Positions 14,924-26,077 of a DNA stretch of 64,000 nt are shown here, one piece after another. The translations under genes were made by a program, and so were the position numbers. This DNA comes from Cirrosporium novae-zelandiae. Its lineage: Eukaryota. The stretch spans positions 496,001 to 560,000 of the forward strand of contig JAPETS010000017.1 in assembly GCA_026023565.1 (NCBI GenBank), written 5' to 3'. The notes beneath the pieces were generated by a model. The model did not search any database. It worked only from the letters and a program-made list of their open reading frames with translations, and was not told the DNA's origin. The first letter of the stretch is position 1. Each line of letters begins with the position of its first letter.

Positions 14924-15796
14924 ATGTGTTTTGGCACCCATGATCGCCAGAGTCGTATCGAGAGTGCACCTCGACCTGTTAAGCTTTCTTAGCAGCAGAA
15001 AACGAATGCTACAGTACTTCATGGCAAGAGCACAGTTGAATTAAAGACTCTGCCACCAGCACATCCAAAAACACCACCACCGGCCCCTCTTCGCTCGCGT
15101 CCAACACAATCTTCAACTGGTGGCAGCTCACTATCAAATTTCAGCTCACTGAACTCCACTGGAACTACTAGAACAGCAGGTAGCTACATCCAAGAGCCAC
15201 ATCCTTGGACGCCACAGATGTTGAAGGAGTACAAAGCCTATAAGAAGGCTAACAAAAAAGCTGGCGCTGATAGTGGGGCCTATCAGCTAGAAAAAGATGC
15301 TCACATAGCTCATGTAAGGGCTACCGTTCCTGCAAAGACCGAGGGTAGACAGACATTTTACCCAAAGAATATTTCAATAGAAGGACATGCAACCCTTGCA
15401 CTAATGGCTGGCACTTGGGAAAAAAGTGCTACGAAGTAAGTTTCACGTGCTATCTATTGGTCTGATATGAGCTGACTTTCCTAATCAAGCCATGGGGATC
15501 TCCGTCACGGCTTTAACACGAAATACCCTAATACCTGTGCTAGTCGACAGAGTAAGAAAAACTACGTGGAGGAAGCAGCAAGCGCCTATAAAAATGCAGA
15601 TGCCGCAAAAAAATACATGGAAACCTATACTCGCTGGGGGTAAGTTTACTCTAACAACATGCACTACAGTTACTAAATTAAGCATGACTGATATGTTCAT
15701 AGTGGACAGTTCAATTGATCTGATCCATATGATACCTTGGATTTACGAAACGATAAGAGTAAAGGCACAAGAGTCCCTTACAATTACAACAAGTGA
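14924..15796 (+). pseudogene. Stop-interrupted, intron-containing hypothetical gene
   Basis: ATG at 14924, in-frame TAG at 14990-14992, then ~148 open codons. Canonical introns 15436-15489 and 15640-15702 keep the frame. TGA at 15716-15718 is followed by 25 more open codons. Confidence 0.55.
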
Positions 15797-16433
15797 TATT
15801 TCGTTAGCAGGTGGTTATAAAGCCATACGACCAAACGCCGGTATAGAGCATATTAGCCTCATGGTAACTATTAATCATTTACATAAAAGGTCATTTTAGA
15901 CCGAAACACCAATTCCTTATATATATCATGCTGGAGAGGCCGCCCTAGAAAATAATGTCTTTGGTATCGACCTGTTTATTTATCAGGTTTAAAGGGACTT
16001 GATGCACTTAATTTCAAGAGACGCAGATGGATTTTTTACTTTAGAGCGATCGGGGAGTGTCATTGGTGAAGGTGCTTTGAGTCGTCGATTTACTACGTCG
16101 AGAGTATTATTCTCCTAGATAAATTCTTGTTTGGGAGTTTCTGTGATGATATAGTTCTCAGATTAGAGGGTGTGCTAGTTAAATGTGTCATAGTGACAGT
16201 AAGATTGGAATAACAATACAAAGGGGGTTGTATCGATGAACTGTTTATCATCAATTTTTTCGTTATGGAAATGTCAGCATTGCCGAGGAGGGCACCACCA
16301 GAGTAAGAGATGTTTGCTTGCTGTCTCTTTCAGAAAATGATTCATTCCAGAGGGCAGAAGTTTCCAGCGGTTTTTGATGTCTCTTAATACTTTCACCCCA
16401 AGACTAAAGGCATCTTTGGCGATATCATCGCAA

Positions 16434-17325
16434 TCACTCTACCTTTCCCTCCCTTTTTAGATATGCACCCCAGCCTTCTTTTTGGTAGAGCTTTACGGCC
16501 GCGACAGGATCCTCGGAAGCGTAGATGCCACGCCCCGAAATGATGGAATCCGCGCCTCTAGCAATAGCCCCCGCTGGAGTATTGTATTGCTGGTCAAATG
16601 CATCCCCCTTTGATGAAATATTAACACCAGGCGTGAAAATGACAAAATCTTCGTCCTCTTTTGAACTCTCGGAGCTGGGGAGAATCCTGGACAATTATTT
16701 CATGGCTATAAAGCCAACGACAAAGTCCTTACGGCGCTTCGCAATATTAACGGATGCTTTTGTATAGTCTCCAGTGGCTAGGGATCCCTTGCTCGTCATT
16801 TCCGCAAGAATCAATAGTCCCCTGTCCCCTTTGTGTGGGAAGCTTGCCGAGGAGACCGTGTGAGCTAGAGCGTCGACGATCCCTTCGCCTGCTAGAATGC
16901 TAGCATTGGTGAAATGGGCCCATTCGGATATACGCAGAGCCCCACCATGATATTGTTTCTGGACCGTGTTACCAATGTCGACAAACTTGCGGTCCTCAAA
17001 AAGAAGGAAATTGTGCTTCTGAGATAAAGATTTTAAGCCGTCCACCGTTTCATCACCAAAGTCAGAGACAATATCAATATGAGTTTTGAAGATGGTAATA
17101 TATGGACTAAGAGCTAATTTGCATGAACAATCAATAAAATACTTACATTCCAAAATAGAGAAACTTACTATCTGCGATCTTTAGAAGATCGTTTGTTATA
17201 GTGAGATCTGCCGAAACAATAACATTAGTTTTCTTAGTTTCGGCAATGGTGAGGAGCCTCTTGATTAATGGGTTAGGGTGGCTCTCTGCACGTAGTGTGT
17301 AAGGAATGCTTGACTTCGTAGCCAT
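16434..17325 (-). pseudogene. pyrG: Orotidine-5'-phosphate decarboxylase with an in-frame premature TAA
   Basis: Motifs [36 protein letters not shown] and GRGIY. Intron 17114-17168. TAA at 16695-16697 reads FIAMK*LSRIL, and the downstream ODCase sequence stays in the same frame. Confidence 0.85.
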
Positions 17326-18550
17326 TTTTCTGGTGTCGTACACAATCGCGTTTTCTGTAGAATTGTATGGTGCTGAGGGATGATGACCTGGCCTGCGCTA
17401 TATATTGTTTTGTTGAGCCTCTTCGAAATTGGTGGGCAATTTCGGTGGTCGTGAATATGCGAGCTGTGGGGTTGTCCTACCCCAAAATTTAGAAAATCAA
17501 AGATCTTTCCATAAATGAGATACTATTGGCAAGCTCATCAGCAATTTGGAGAGAAACATTCGGATTTGGAAGAACGACATAGCAGAACCGATCCTCTTCA
17601 CGACCTCAACGAGATACACTTTTCAAACAGGCCACCTCCACGAAATGTTATAGGGGTTTCGGTACATATGCTATAGCCTCTCACAAGCTTCTACAAGAGG
17701 GTGTTTGGGATATGAGGATACAACGTTTGGACGTAATAGAGAAATACCATGATATCTACCTATCAGCCTCTAACATCGGGTCATTAGTTGACGGAGAAAC
17801 TGTAGTGAAAATATTTTATTACATGACTCCCGTCCTCGCAACAACTCCAGAACACCTAAAATTCCACCTGTTAGGGAGACCTGAAGCGCTGAATTTCAAG
17901 TCTCCATGCTACTAAATCTTGGAGAAAACGCTGGTATTATACTCATCTGTCCGTTGCTAGTTTAGGAGCCAGCACTCATTTCAGCTCATCCCAGAATTTA
18001 GAAGCATGCTTTGGGTACAGTAAAAGTGGTTGATGTCTTCTCACTATATCACATGGAGTTGGCCAAGTTCTTTGGTGAAGTCCAGGAGGTGGACAAATCG
18101 AAGGAGATTTCCTGGCCTCTTCTTGATGGTCTTGCTTAGCGAACTCTTGAGAATGGGGTTGATTTGAAAGGAGACAGAACTCTGCTTATAAGAGCTGGCA
18201 AAAGGGGTTGGTTAATAGCGTCACGCTCAATGGACTCGTTTTGGCTTCCCCGAGGTTTGCACTAGAGCAAATTGGGCTTCCTAAACTTTCTCGATTAAGT
18301 CAACCTGGGAACGAAGAACTGTGGAATGGAGCTGATGCTATATTTAGGTTAAGGAAATATAAAGCCCAGCTGGGTCCCAATACCAATACGCTGGATATCG
18401 TATAAAGGGGTATTGCGCTCAAAAAGAGTAAGGTCGTGAACGACAGGAGTCTAACCACTAAGTCCACCCTTGAACCCCTTCTAAAGTATGACGCTGCTCA
18501 AGTTGAGAAAGCTCTCTTCGATTCACTACACATAGAAAAGACCAATATGT

Positions 18551-20071
18551 CTACGGGGATGGATCCCCCCAATATCCACGTTTCGAAATCAGACCAGTAG
18601 CATTAGTGCAGCTCGGAGACCGATGATCTTCAATGGTCCCATGGGGCCATATAGGAACGAAACAAATTTCGTCAACATCACATGTCCGACATTCTTTCCA
18701 TGTTGTCCAATCCAGGTATTCCACGAGATCTTCTATTCCCAGGAATGCTGTTTCATAGTCATCTTCCAGCAAAGCGTAAGAGAGTGTCGAGCAGATCGCT
18801 TCAGCAACATGTGTTACGACATGAGAGGCCAATGAATCTGCAGCATGCCCGGGAATAAACTGTGTTGTGCAGCGTGAGATTTCAAGAGAAGTGTTGCGAG
18901 TTCCGTAGTCAATGAAAGGACTTAGTATGCGGTCAAGTTCGTCATTGAGAAGGACAGAGCTAGAAAGAGCGCCGGAGATCAGGTATTTCAATTGCGTTGA
19001 GTACCGTTCAACGATCATATCCGCCACTGCCCGCCAGTCGAAGGGTTCCGATGGAATTTGTTGATTAGCAGCAAGGTTATACACATCAGCTCTAATAGCA
19101 GACAGAGAATCTTGAGAGAGATCCACCAATCGGGGCATATCGTTTGCTGAAAAGAGATTAACAGGATAGTTGAAAGCCGTTACGAAGGAGTCATAATCAA
19201 GTATAACTCGATCACCGCCAATACCATAATACCTCGCTGTGATAGCCCTATAGTATGAGAAAAAATCATTCCCATCGCCACCCATTCCTGGACCACCACC
19301 GTGTTTGCTCTCTTTTGATTGAGTCATGCGCACCAAATCGAGGTCCTTTGAAAAGGAGCAGAGTATTACTTCAAACCCTCCTTCCATACGTAGTATGCCG
19401 TCAACCCGGCCGGACCACTCTCGCTCTGCAATCTCGCACATTCCTTTGGCCCGCTCGTTGTCCCAAAACCCTGAGTGATCGGCTGTATTGTTTAAAATTA
19501 TATAGTCTTGCGTATCTAACGTGCCCTTGTTTGACTTCGCAGCCGACATTCCGTCAAGGTAAAGTAATCTTAAATTTTTGTTCGTAATATAGGTATGCAG
19601 CCAACCAAGTCTTTTCTCATCTCCATCGTCTTGAGTCATATGCATTGGTATTTGTCCAGATGGTGGTGGGCCTCGTGGTGGCGGACCTCGCGGTGGAGAA
19701 CCCGGTGGTGGAGGACCATCATGTCCATCTCCTGGATATCTAGGATTTTTCGGCGGTGGTCCTCGAGCGTGAGCAAAAATCATGGCATGTTCTGGTTCAA
19801 ATGCCAGCCATTCCATACCAGTTACCGGCTCGTGGGAATTTGTACCATGATAGAACTGTGTGCCCTGTGGAACAGTGGCTAGAAAGAAGGACATCCCATT
19901 GTGATTCAGAGATGAGCCCCATTGTCGCATTGAAGAGTGTATGGCATTAAATATATGATTGGCATTTAACAGCGGAGTGACTTCTGTGTTTAAGGGGAAC
20001 GAAATTGGGTTCGATGCTGCCGAAGCTGCAACGCTCAGTGCTGCTAAGAAAGATGGAACGAACTTCTTCAT
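18551..20071 (-). CDS. Secreted fungal hypothetical protein, 506 aa, with Pro-rich insert and Cys-rich C-terminus
   Basis: Single long ORF with a signal-peptide-like N-terminus (MKKFVPSFLAALSVAASA). Confidence 0.85.
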   Translation of the reverse strand: MKKFVPSFLAALSVAASAASNPISFPLNTEVTPLLNANHIFNAIHSSMRQWGSSLNHNGMSFFLATVPQGTQFYHGTNSHEPVTGMEWLAFEPEHAMIFAHARGPPPKNPRYPGDGHDGPPPPGSPPRGPPPRGPPPSGQIPMHMTQDDGDEKRLGWLHTYITNKNLRLLYLDGMSAAKSNKGTLDTQDYIILNNTADHSGFWDNERAKGMCEIAEREWSGRVDGILRMEGGFEVILCSFSKDLDLVRMTQSKESKHGGGPGMGGDGNDFFSYYRAITARYYGIGGDRVILDYDSFVTAFNYPVNLFSANDMPRLVDLSQDSLSAIRADVYNLAANQQIPSEPFDWRAVADMIVERYSTQLKYLISGALSSSVLLNDELDRILSPFIDYGTRNTSLEISRCTTQFIPGHAADSLASHVVTHVAEAICSTLSYALLEDDYETAFLGIEDLVEYLDWTTWKECRTCDVDEICFVPIWPHGTIEDHRSPSCTNATGLISKRGYWGDPSP

Positions 20072-20742
20072 ATTAAGGGCTTTGCTTTGAACACTCGATC
20101 AACATGCTAAAAATATGGATTTAAGGGGATCACTATGCTTAATTATCTACGGAGGTAATTTTTAGGCTAGGGCATGACCACCCGGAACGCGCGTTCTTGC
20201 TTGATTGGACAAGGGACTAAGGCCTCAATTATTTACCTACTGCCTTTGGTGTGGCAACGTTTTACAACATAAAATATATATTTAAAGGTATTACATTGAT
20301 TAGAGGATATCCTCCCGAACGAAGAATTGTACTATATATATTTTACTCGTCAGGTATTCATGTTCCGAGCTTCTCAATAGGGGCATGTTAATGGATCTAT
20401 TCTCAAAAAGATAGAGTTCACATAGACAAGCTACTAGACCTTTAAGTAAGTATTCTTAAATCTCCCAACAACAGGGTATGCTCGGAAGCTTGAGAGATAT
20501 TAGAGATCTTGTATCTGAAGGTCTCAAGAATGTCGTATATATTCTGTATAGATAACGTGTATCTTCTGAGTTTTGAAGAACGGTGCCGTACGTATTGTTC
20601 TGATCTCAAACTATTCCGGGTCAGCCATTGTCATACCTGACCGTTGTGCTAGTAGTATATAATCTATACACTAGTATGTTCGGAATCAGGATTAAATAAT
20701 ATACATATACTAAAAATATTCTGACATCCACTATAATATGCT

Positions 20743-22584
20743 TTATAAACACTCGGCATTATGATCCAGACATCGTTGGTCAACTTGTGGTTTATGGTCA
20801 TCCAGCCCAAAATCTGATTGTACATCACTGCTCAACTTGAGTCCCTCCACAAAAAGCGCAAGTGGAATACCGAGACCTGCGAATGCAATGGATACTAGCC
20901 ACACTAGATGTAAACTGTCGATATAGACATGAAATACCTCATCCTGCAAAACTGGACGGTTGCTCAGGGACTTGAGAAATTTAGCAGAGGCGTGCTGATA
21001 AGCGCCGCCGTTTGCTAGTAATGCTCTTGTCGGGGTATCGTCGACAAGACCTAAAAGGCTATTTACATGAAAGTTGAAAATTGTAGAGGGAATGGCTATT
21101 CCAAATACGGACCCAAAGCTTCTCAGAAATGCCCACGTGGCAACCCCTACAGCGGTATCCGAAGCTGGTAGGGATGCGAGAATTGGGGGAAGACAACTGG
21201 TAAAGATGACGCCACTTCCTATTCCGAAAATAAGTTGGAATATTATCCATAGAACTGTTGGTGAATGGTTGGTGACAAGAGAGAAAAGCCCAGTTGAGAG
21301 GGTCATGAGCCCAAATCCTAGGAAGTGGAAGATGCGGTAATGTCCTGTTTTACTAATGAGAATACCGGCAATAATGCCAGCTGGTGAGGATGATATTACC
21401 AATGGAAACAACATAATTCCCGACTTTGCAGGAGATGCTTCAAGGACTGCTTGAAAATATATAGGAAGCATGAGTATTGCCCAATAAAGCACAACAGATT
21501 GAAGAAAGCTGATGCTGAGAGTTGCAGCGGAAGTTCGATTCGTGAATATACGTAACGGCATCGTAGGTTCTTTGCAGTACGGGCTGCTTTGGAATATTAG
21601 AAATATACATATCCCCACAGCACCAGCTATAATTGGCATAATTGTTCTCCAAGACGACCATTGATAGATTATGCCTCCCCAGCTCAGCGCAAGCAAGATT
21701 GCAATGACCGACGAGATGAGAATAAAGTTGCCGACTATATCAATTCGTAGAATCTTTTCCCGTATAGAACTTACCCGGTCATGCTTCAGTCGGAGAAATA
21801 GTATGATGAGTACCAAAGCTATAGCTGCGAATGGTATATTGATATAAAATACCCAGCGCCAGGAAGCCTGTGCCAGCGCCCCACCTAATACTGGACCGGT
21901 TACACTTCCTAAGGTCCACATGCTGCAAATGATGAGCCCGGGTTTTTAAGCAGACATCAGATAGGGGCTGTGAACTTACGATCCGATGATACTTATCCAC
22001 TTTCCTCTTTCTCGTAAACTGACCAGATCGCTGACTACTACCTCGACTAGCGTGCTAATACCTCCACCCCCAACCCCTTGTATAGTTCGGCCTGCTACCA
22101 ACATGGTAGTTTTGGATGCTGCCCCACTGATTAGACTTCCTACGGCGAAAAGGATAATAGAAATGATTATAAGAATCCGTCGCCCGAGAATATTTGCCAT
22201 TTGGCCAAATAAAGGCTGCACAGCCGTGGAAGCAAGGAGATAGGCATTGATAATCCATACATATTGAGCATTAGAATCAAGCTTTCGTGTGATCGTAGGG
22301 AGCGCTGTTGTAACGACTGAGGCATCAAGAGCAACCAGGAAGATGGTCACGCAGAGAGCAGCGAAAATGAGAATAAATTTCCAACTTTTCTTTGGCGGGT
22401 GGGCTTCGAACATCAGACTTTCCGGATCATGATTCTTCTGTTTGTCTTCAACCTCTTTCTGTTGAGGGTCACTTGGGGTCAAGTTCTGGTGTATCACTGA
22501 TGTTGTGTTTAAGGTGCTAGGAACCTGGTTGATCTCAAAGGCAGGATCATCAATAGATCTCGCTTTGGAGAATCTGTCTGCCAT
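20743..22584 (-). CDS. MFS drug:H+ antiporter (DHA2/14-TMS type), 2 exons
   Basis: Motifs LDASVVTTALPTI, ANILGRR, GRTIQGVGGGG and GPVLGGAL..WRWVFYINIP. Intron 21923-21979. Confidence 0.93.
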
Positions 22585-23353
22585 ACCGAGGCCTTTGGAT
22601 TTGCTGGAGCCCTAAGTTTTGAAAAGTTTTTTTTCTCGACTCTCGAGTTATACTATTCATTGGGGGTGTTGGAAGCAAGAGTATGCATCACGCAATAGGG
22701 CTAACTTGAGACGAGCAGCAAGGACTTTAATCAAGGAATTGCCAGAGTTTCCTATAATCCTCGGATGCTACTAGGTAGGAGTGGTTTCATTTGCTGCGTC
22801 TTCATTCTGCGTCTCGTGAATTTTCAGAATTTAAACCTTATGATGAGGGCCCAAGCAGTCGAAGGACTCCAAGCCAATACTTAGATACGAGTACAATGTA
22901 TCGAACTAGCTAACGACCTAAACGTCTAGTTCTTCATATCTCGGATTTGCCTAGCGTCTACACCCGAAATCCGACCAGACCAAGGGTGTCCTCAATAGAA
23001 ACCACGGAAGTTGTCAAATGGCTTAAAAGTAGTCCCCTTGAACTGCCGTTAGTAAAAAAGAATAATGTTATATACGCAGTAGGGTAGTTATCTTCTCCGA
23101 GTGTAGGGTAATAGAATATGATAGTTGTTTTAAAAATGAAGTTGTGTTTGATAGGACTAGTTGATGTTCTCTTACGCTCACCACGCTAATAAAAACAAAT
23201 TATCCCCTGCTAACCAAGCCTTTTTATACTTTTATGCATACCTAGACCTAGACTAGTCTAATGACCTAACTTTGTGACTTTCAACCAAGCTTGCTTTTAA
23301 TGCCCAATTTATTTCAAGTTCAACATAATATTCAGGAATTCAAGGTTGCCGAC

Positions 23354-25789
23354 ATGCCTCCCGATTCAAAGATCAAAGAATTTCCCGACATATCCAACAA
23401 GCTCACAGCACCAACGAAAAAGTCTATTTTCGAGCGCCAGAAAGCTGAAGCTGAAGCTAAACGACGTCGCGAACGCGATGAAGCTGCTGCTGTCTACCAG
23501 GATTTCGTGAAATCGTTTGAGGAGGAGGACAATGATGATGGGTTCCCCCCACACCTTACAGCTAGGGATAGATCCGGAGGAGCGCCAACCCACAGTGGTT
23601 TTGGAGCTGGGGGTCCTTCAAAGCGACATTTCACAGGCGCCTTGAGAGGAAATAGAAACAGTGGGCCAGGGAGCCTTGGACCTCCGCCTTCGCTCTCACG
23701 GAAAAGAGCCCATGATGGTTCTCAGCCGGCGTTGAAGGATAATAATAGGGGCATGTTTGCCTTCGATGAACCTTTGTCGAATAGTTCTACTGAACCTGGA
23801 GGAATCTTTCAAGGACCCGATGACGAGGATGATCATACAACTTTTGGGAAGGACGCCGAAAGAGCGGCGCCGAAGCCGACCTTGCATCTTGCCTCTCTAC
23901 CACCTGGAACTACCCCTGGTGCCATCAAAGCCTTACTTCCAAAGATACTTACCGTGGACAACGTCAAGATCATTCCGCCCTCAGCGATCGGTGGTCCAGA
24001 ACGACGGACATTCTCTGCTATTGTCACTCTCGCAAAAGACACCCCAGCAAGTGATATTGATACTGTTGTCAACACACTACAGAACAAATACTTAGGCAGA
24101 GGTTTTTGTCTTTCTATTTCTCGACATTTATCCTCAGCTGCTATTAGCGCAGGTGTTTCTATTCCTGGGAGTATTGGGGGTACGCCATCTCTTCCTTTTG
24201 GCGCAACGCCAATCCCAACAGGCTTGGGGGGAAACTTAAGCCGTGCGCCACCGCCCTCGAGCATTCATCGAGGAGGATTTGCTCCACCACAATCATTTCA
24301 TGCATCTATGAGTACATACAACAGAGGTGGACCATCAACACAAGTGAAAGTTAGCCCTCCGGGAGATCTCAGACAGCTCAAACTCATTCACAAGACATTA
24401 GAGGCTTTACTTACGCATGGACCCGAGTTTGAAGCATTACTTATGAGCCGAGCTGACGTGCAGAAAGACGAAAGGTGGGCGTGGCTATGGAATCCAAGAA
24501 GTCAAGGGGGTGTTTGGTACCGTTGGAAGTTATGGGAAATCTTAACGGGATCCCAAGTTAAGGGCAAAAGAAACAGAAACAGGGACATTGAGAGAAATCA
24601 TATACTGTTTGAGGGGGAACCTAACTGGGTCGTTCCTGAAAGGCCCATGCGGTTTGAGTATGTCACTGATTTTTCGGAGTTTGTCTCAGATTCTGAATAT
24701 GATTCTTCTGAGGAGGATGAATCAGACGACGAAGCTCACCGACGTCATAATGGAGGACCCTCCGGTGCCGACGAGGATAGCGGACCGTCCTACCTTAATC
24801 CTCTCCAAAAGACTAAGCTTACACATCTCCTTGCCCGTTTACCTACCTCAACGGGCAAACTTCGAAAAGGTGATGTTGCTCGAGTAACGTCATTTGCAAT
24901 TGAACATGCTGGATCCGGGGCGGATGAGGTTGTTGAGATGATCGTATCAAATATAGAACATCCTTTCGCATACAGTAAGGCGAATCCTAGCCGGCAAAAG
25001 GAACAAAAGGATGGCACCACGGGTCTGGACGACGAAGTCGTGAATGACGCTGATAAGTCGCGAGATGAAGATACTTCGTCTGCAAAGCTCATTGCCCTTT
25101 ATATTGTGTCAGACATTTTGTCATCTTCTTCTACTAGTGGGGTCAGACATGCCTGGCGGTATCGTCAGCTTTTTGAGATAGCCCTCAAAGACCACAAAAT
25201 ATTTGAACAGCTCGGGAGGCTAGATAAGGTGATGGAATGGGGCCGTTTGAGAGCGGAGAAATGGAAGAGAAGTGTTAGCAGTCTTCTGAGTCTTTGGGAA
25301 GGGTGGTGTGTGTTTCCACAAGCAATGCAGGAGCATTTTGCTAGCGTATTCACAGAGCCACCGCTTACGGAACAGGAGAAGGAAGAGGCCGCGAAGGCAG
25401 AAAAAGAGAGATCTAATTCAGCGTTCGTAAAATCTAAGTGGAAGGCTGTTGATGAGAAAGCTGAGATGGAACGACAACGCTTCAAATCTGAACCTGAGCC
25501 TACACACCCAAATATTAATGTGAGGCCAACGATTGAAGATGACGAGCTGAACGGGAAACCCATGCAGGACGTTGATGGGGAACCTATGGATGATGATCTG
25601 GACGGAGAACCAATGGATGATTTTGATGGAGAGCTTATGGATGATATGGATGGGGATCCAATGGATGAAGACGTTGATGGCAGATCATCTCAAATATCTG
25701 GGACTGACAGTGGTTCTGGGGCCAATAAACAGACAGAGGGAGATGAACAGAAAGCAGAGGATATGTTTGCTGAATCAGATGGAGATTAA
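23354..25789 (+). CDS. U2 snRNP-associated SURP motif protein (U2SURP/SR140-like; RRM, SURP, CID)
   Basis: N-terminal KKSIFERQKAEAEAKR..AAAVYQDFVKSF. SURP-like LIHKTLEALLTHGPEFEALLM. CID-like LIALYIVSDILSSS..AWRYR. Acidic DxDGEPM repeats near the C-terminus. Confidence 0.88.
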   Translation: MPPDSKIKEFPDISNKLTAPTKKSIFERQKAEAEAKRRRERDEAAAVYQDFVKSFEEEDNDDGFPPHLTARDRSGGAPTHSGFGAGGPSKRHFTGALRGNRNSGPGSLGPPPSLSRKRAHDGSQPALKDNNRGMFAFDEPLSNSSTEPGGIFQGPDDEDDHTTFGKDAERAAPKPTLHLASLPPGTTPGAIKALLPKILTVDNVKIIPPSAIGGPERRTFSAIVTLAKDTPASDIDTVVNTLQNKYLGRGFCLSISRHLSSAAISAGVSIPGSIGGTPSLPFGATPIPTGLGGNLSRAPPPSSIHRGGFAPPQSFHASMSTYNRGGPSTQVKVSPPGDLRQLKLIHKTLEALLTHGPEFEALLMSRADVQKDERWAWLWNPRSQGGVWYRWKLWEILTGSQVKGKRNRNRDIERNHILFEGEPNWVVPERPMRFEYVTDFSEFVSDSEYDSSEEDESDDEAHRRHNGGPSGADEDSGPSYLNPLQKTKLTHLLARLPTSTGKLRKGDVARVTSFAIEHAGSGADEVVEMIVSNIEHPFAYSKANPSRQKEQKDGTTGLDDEVVNDADKSRDEDTSSAKLIALYIVSDILSSSSTSGVRHAWRYRQLFEIALKDHKIFEQLGRLDKVMEWGRLRAEKWKRSVSSLLSLWEGWCVFPQAMQEHFASVFTEPPLTEQEKEEAAKAEKERSNSAFVKSKWKAVDEKAEMERQRFKSEPEPTHPNINVRPTIEDDELNGKPMQDVDGEPMDDDLDGEPMDDFDGELMDDMDGDPMDEDVDGRSSQISGTDSGSGANKQTEGDEQKAEDMFAESDGD
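25540..25681 (+). repeat. Coding tandem repeat of D-x-D-G-E-P-M-like units, about 6 copies
   Basis: ELNGKPMQDVDGEPMDDDLDGEPMDDFDGELMDDMDGDPMDEDVDG. Confidence 0.8.
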
Positions 25790-26077
25790 TGATAGTGAAT
25801 GGGAAAATAGACAACATGGCCTTACAGCCAACCTTCAGTGCAGTCAAAACGGCATCAGCCATTCCTTGACCTATCCTGTCAAATCATGAATTCCGTTTCT
25901 GGAAGTTTTCTAGTTCATCTTACCGTCGCAATGGACAGAATACCGCCTTCAATACGTCGCCAACTTGGAGAATATTTTAGCATTAACATATGAACTTTAC
26001 CTGAGAATTTCTGGCCAACTTACCTAGCCTCAAGCTCTCACGAGCAACCCCAGGAATTAAGGTACACAATTCCACGA

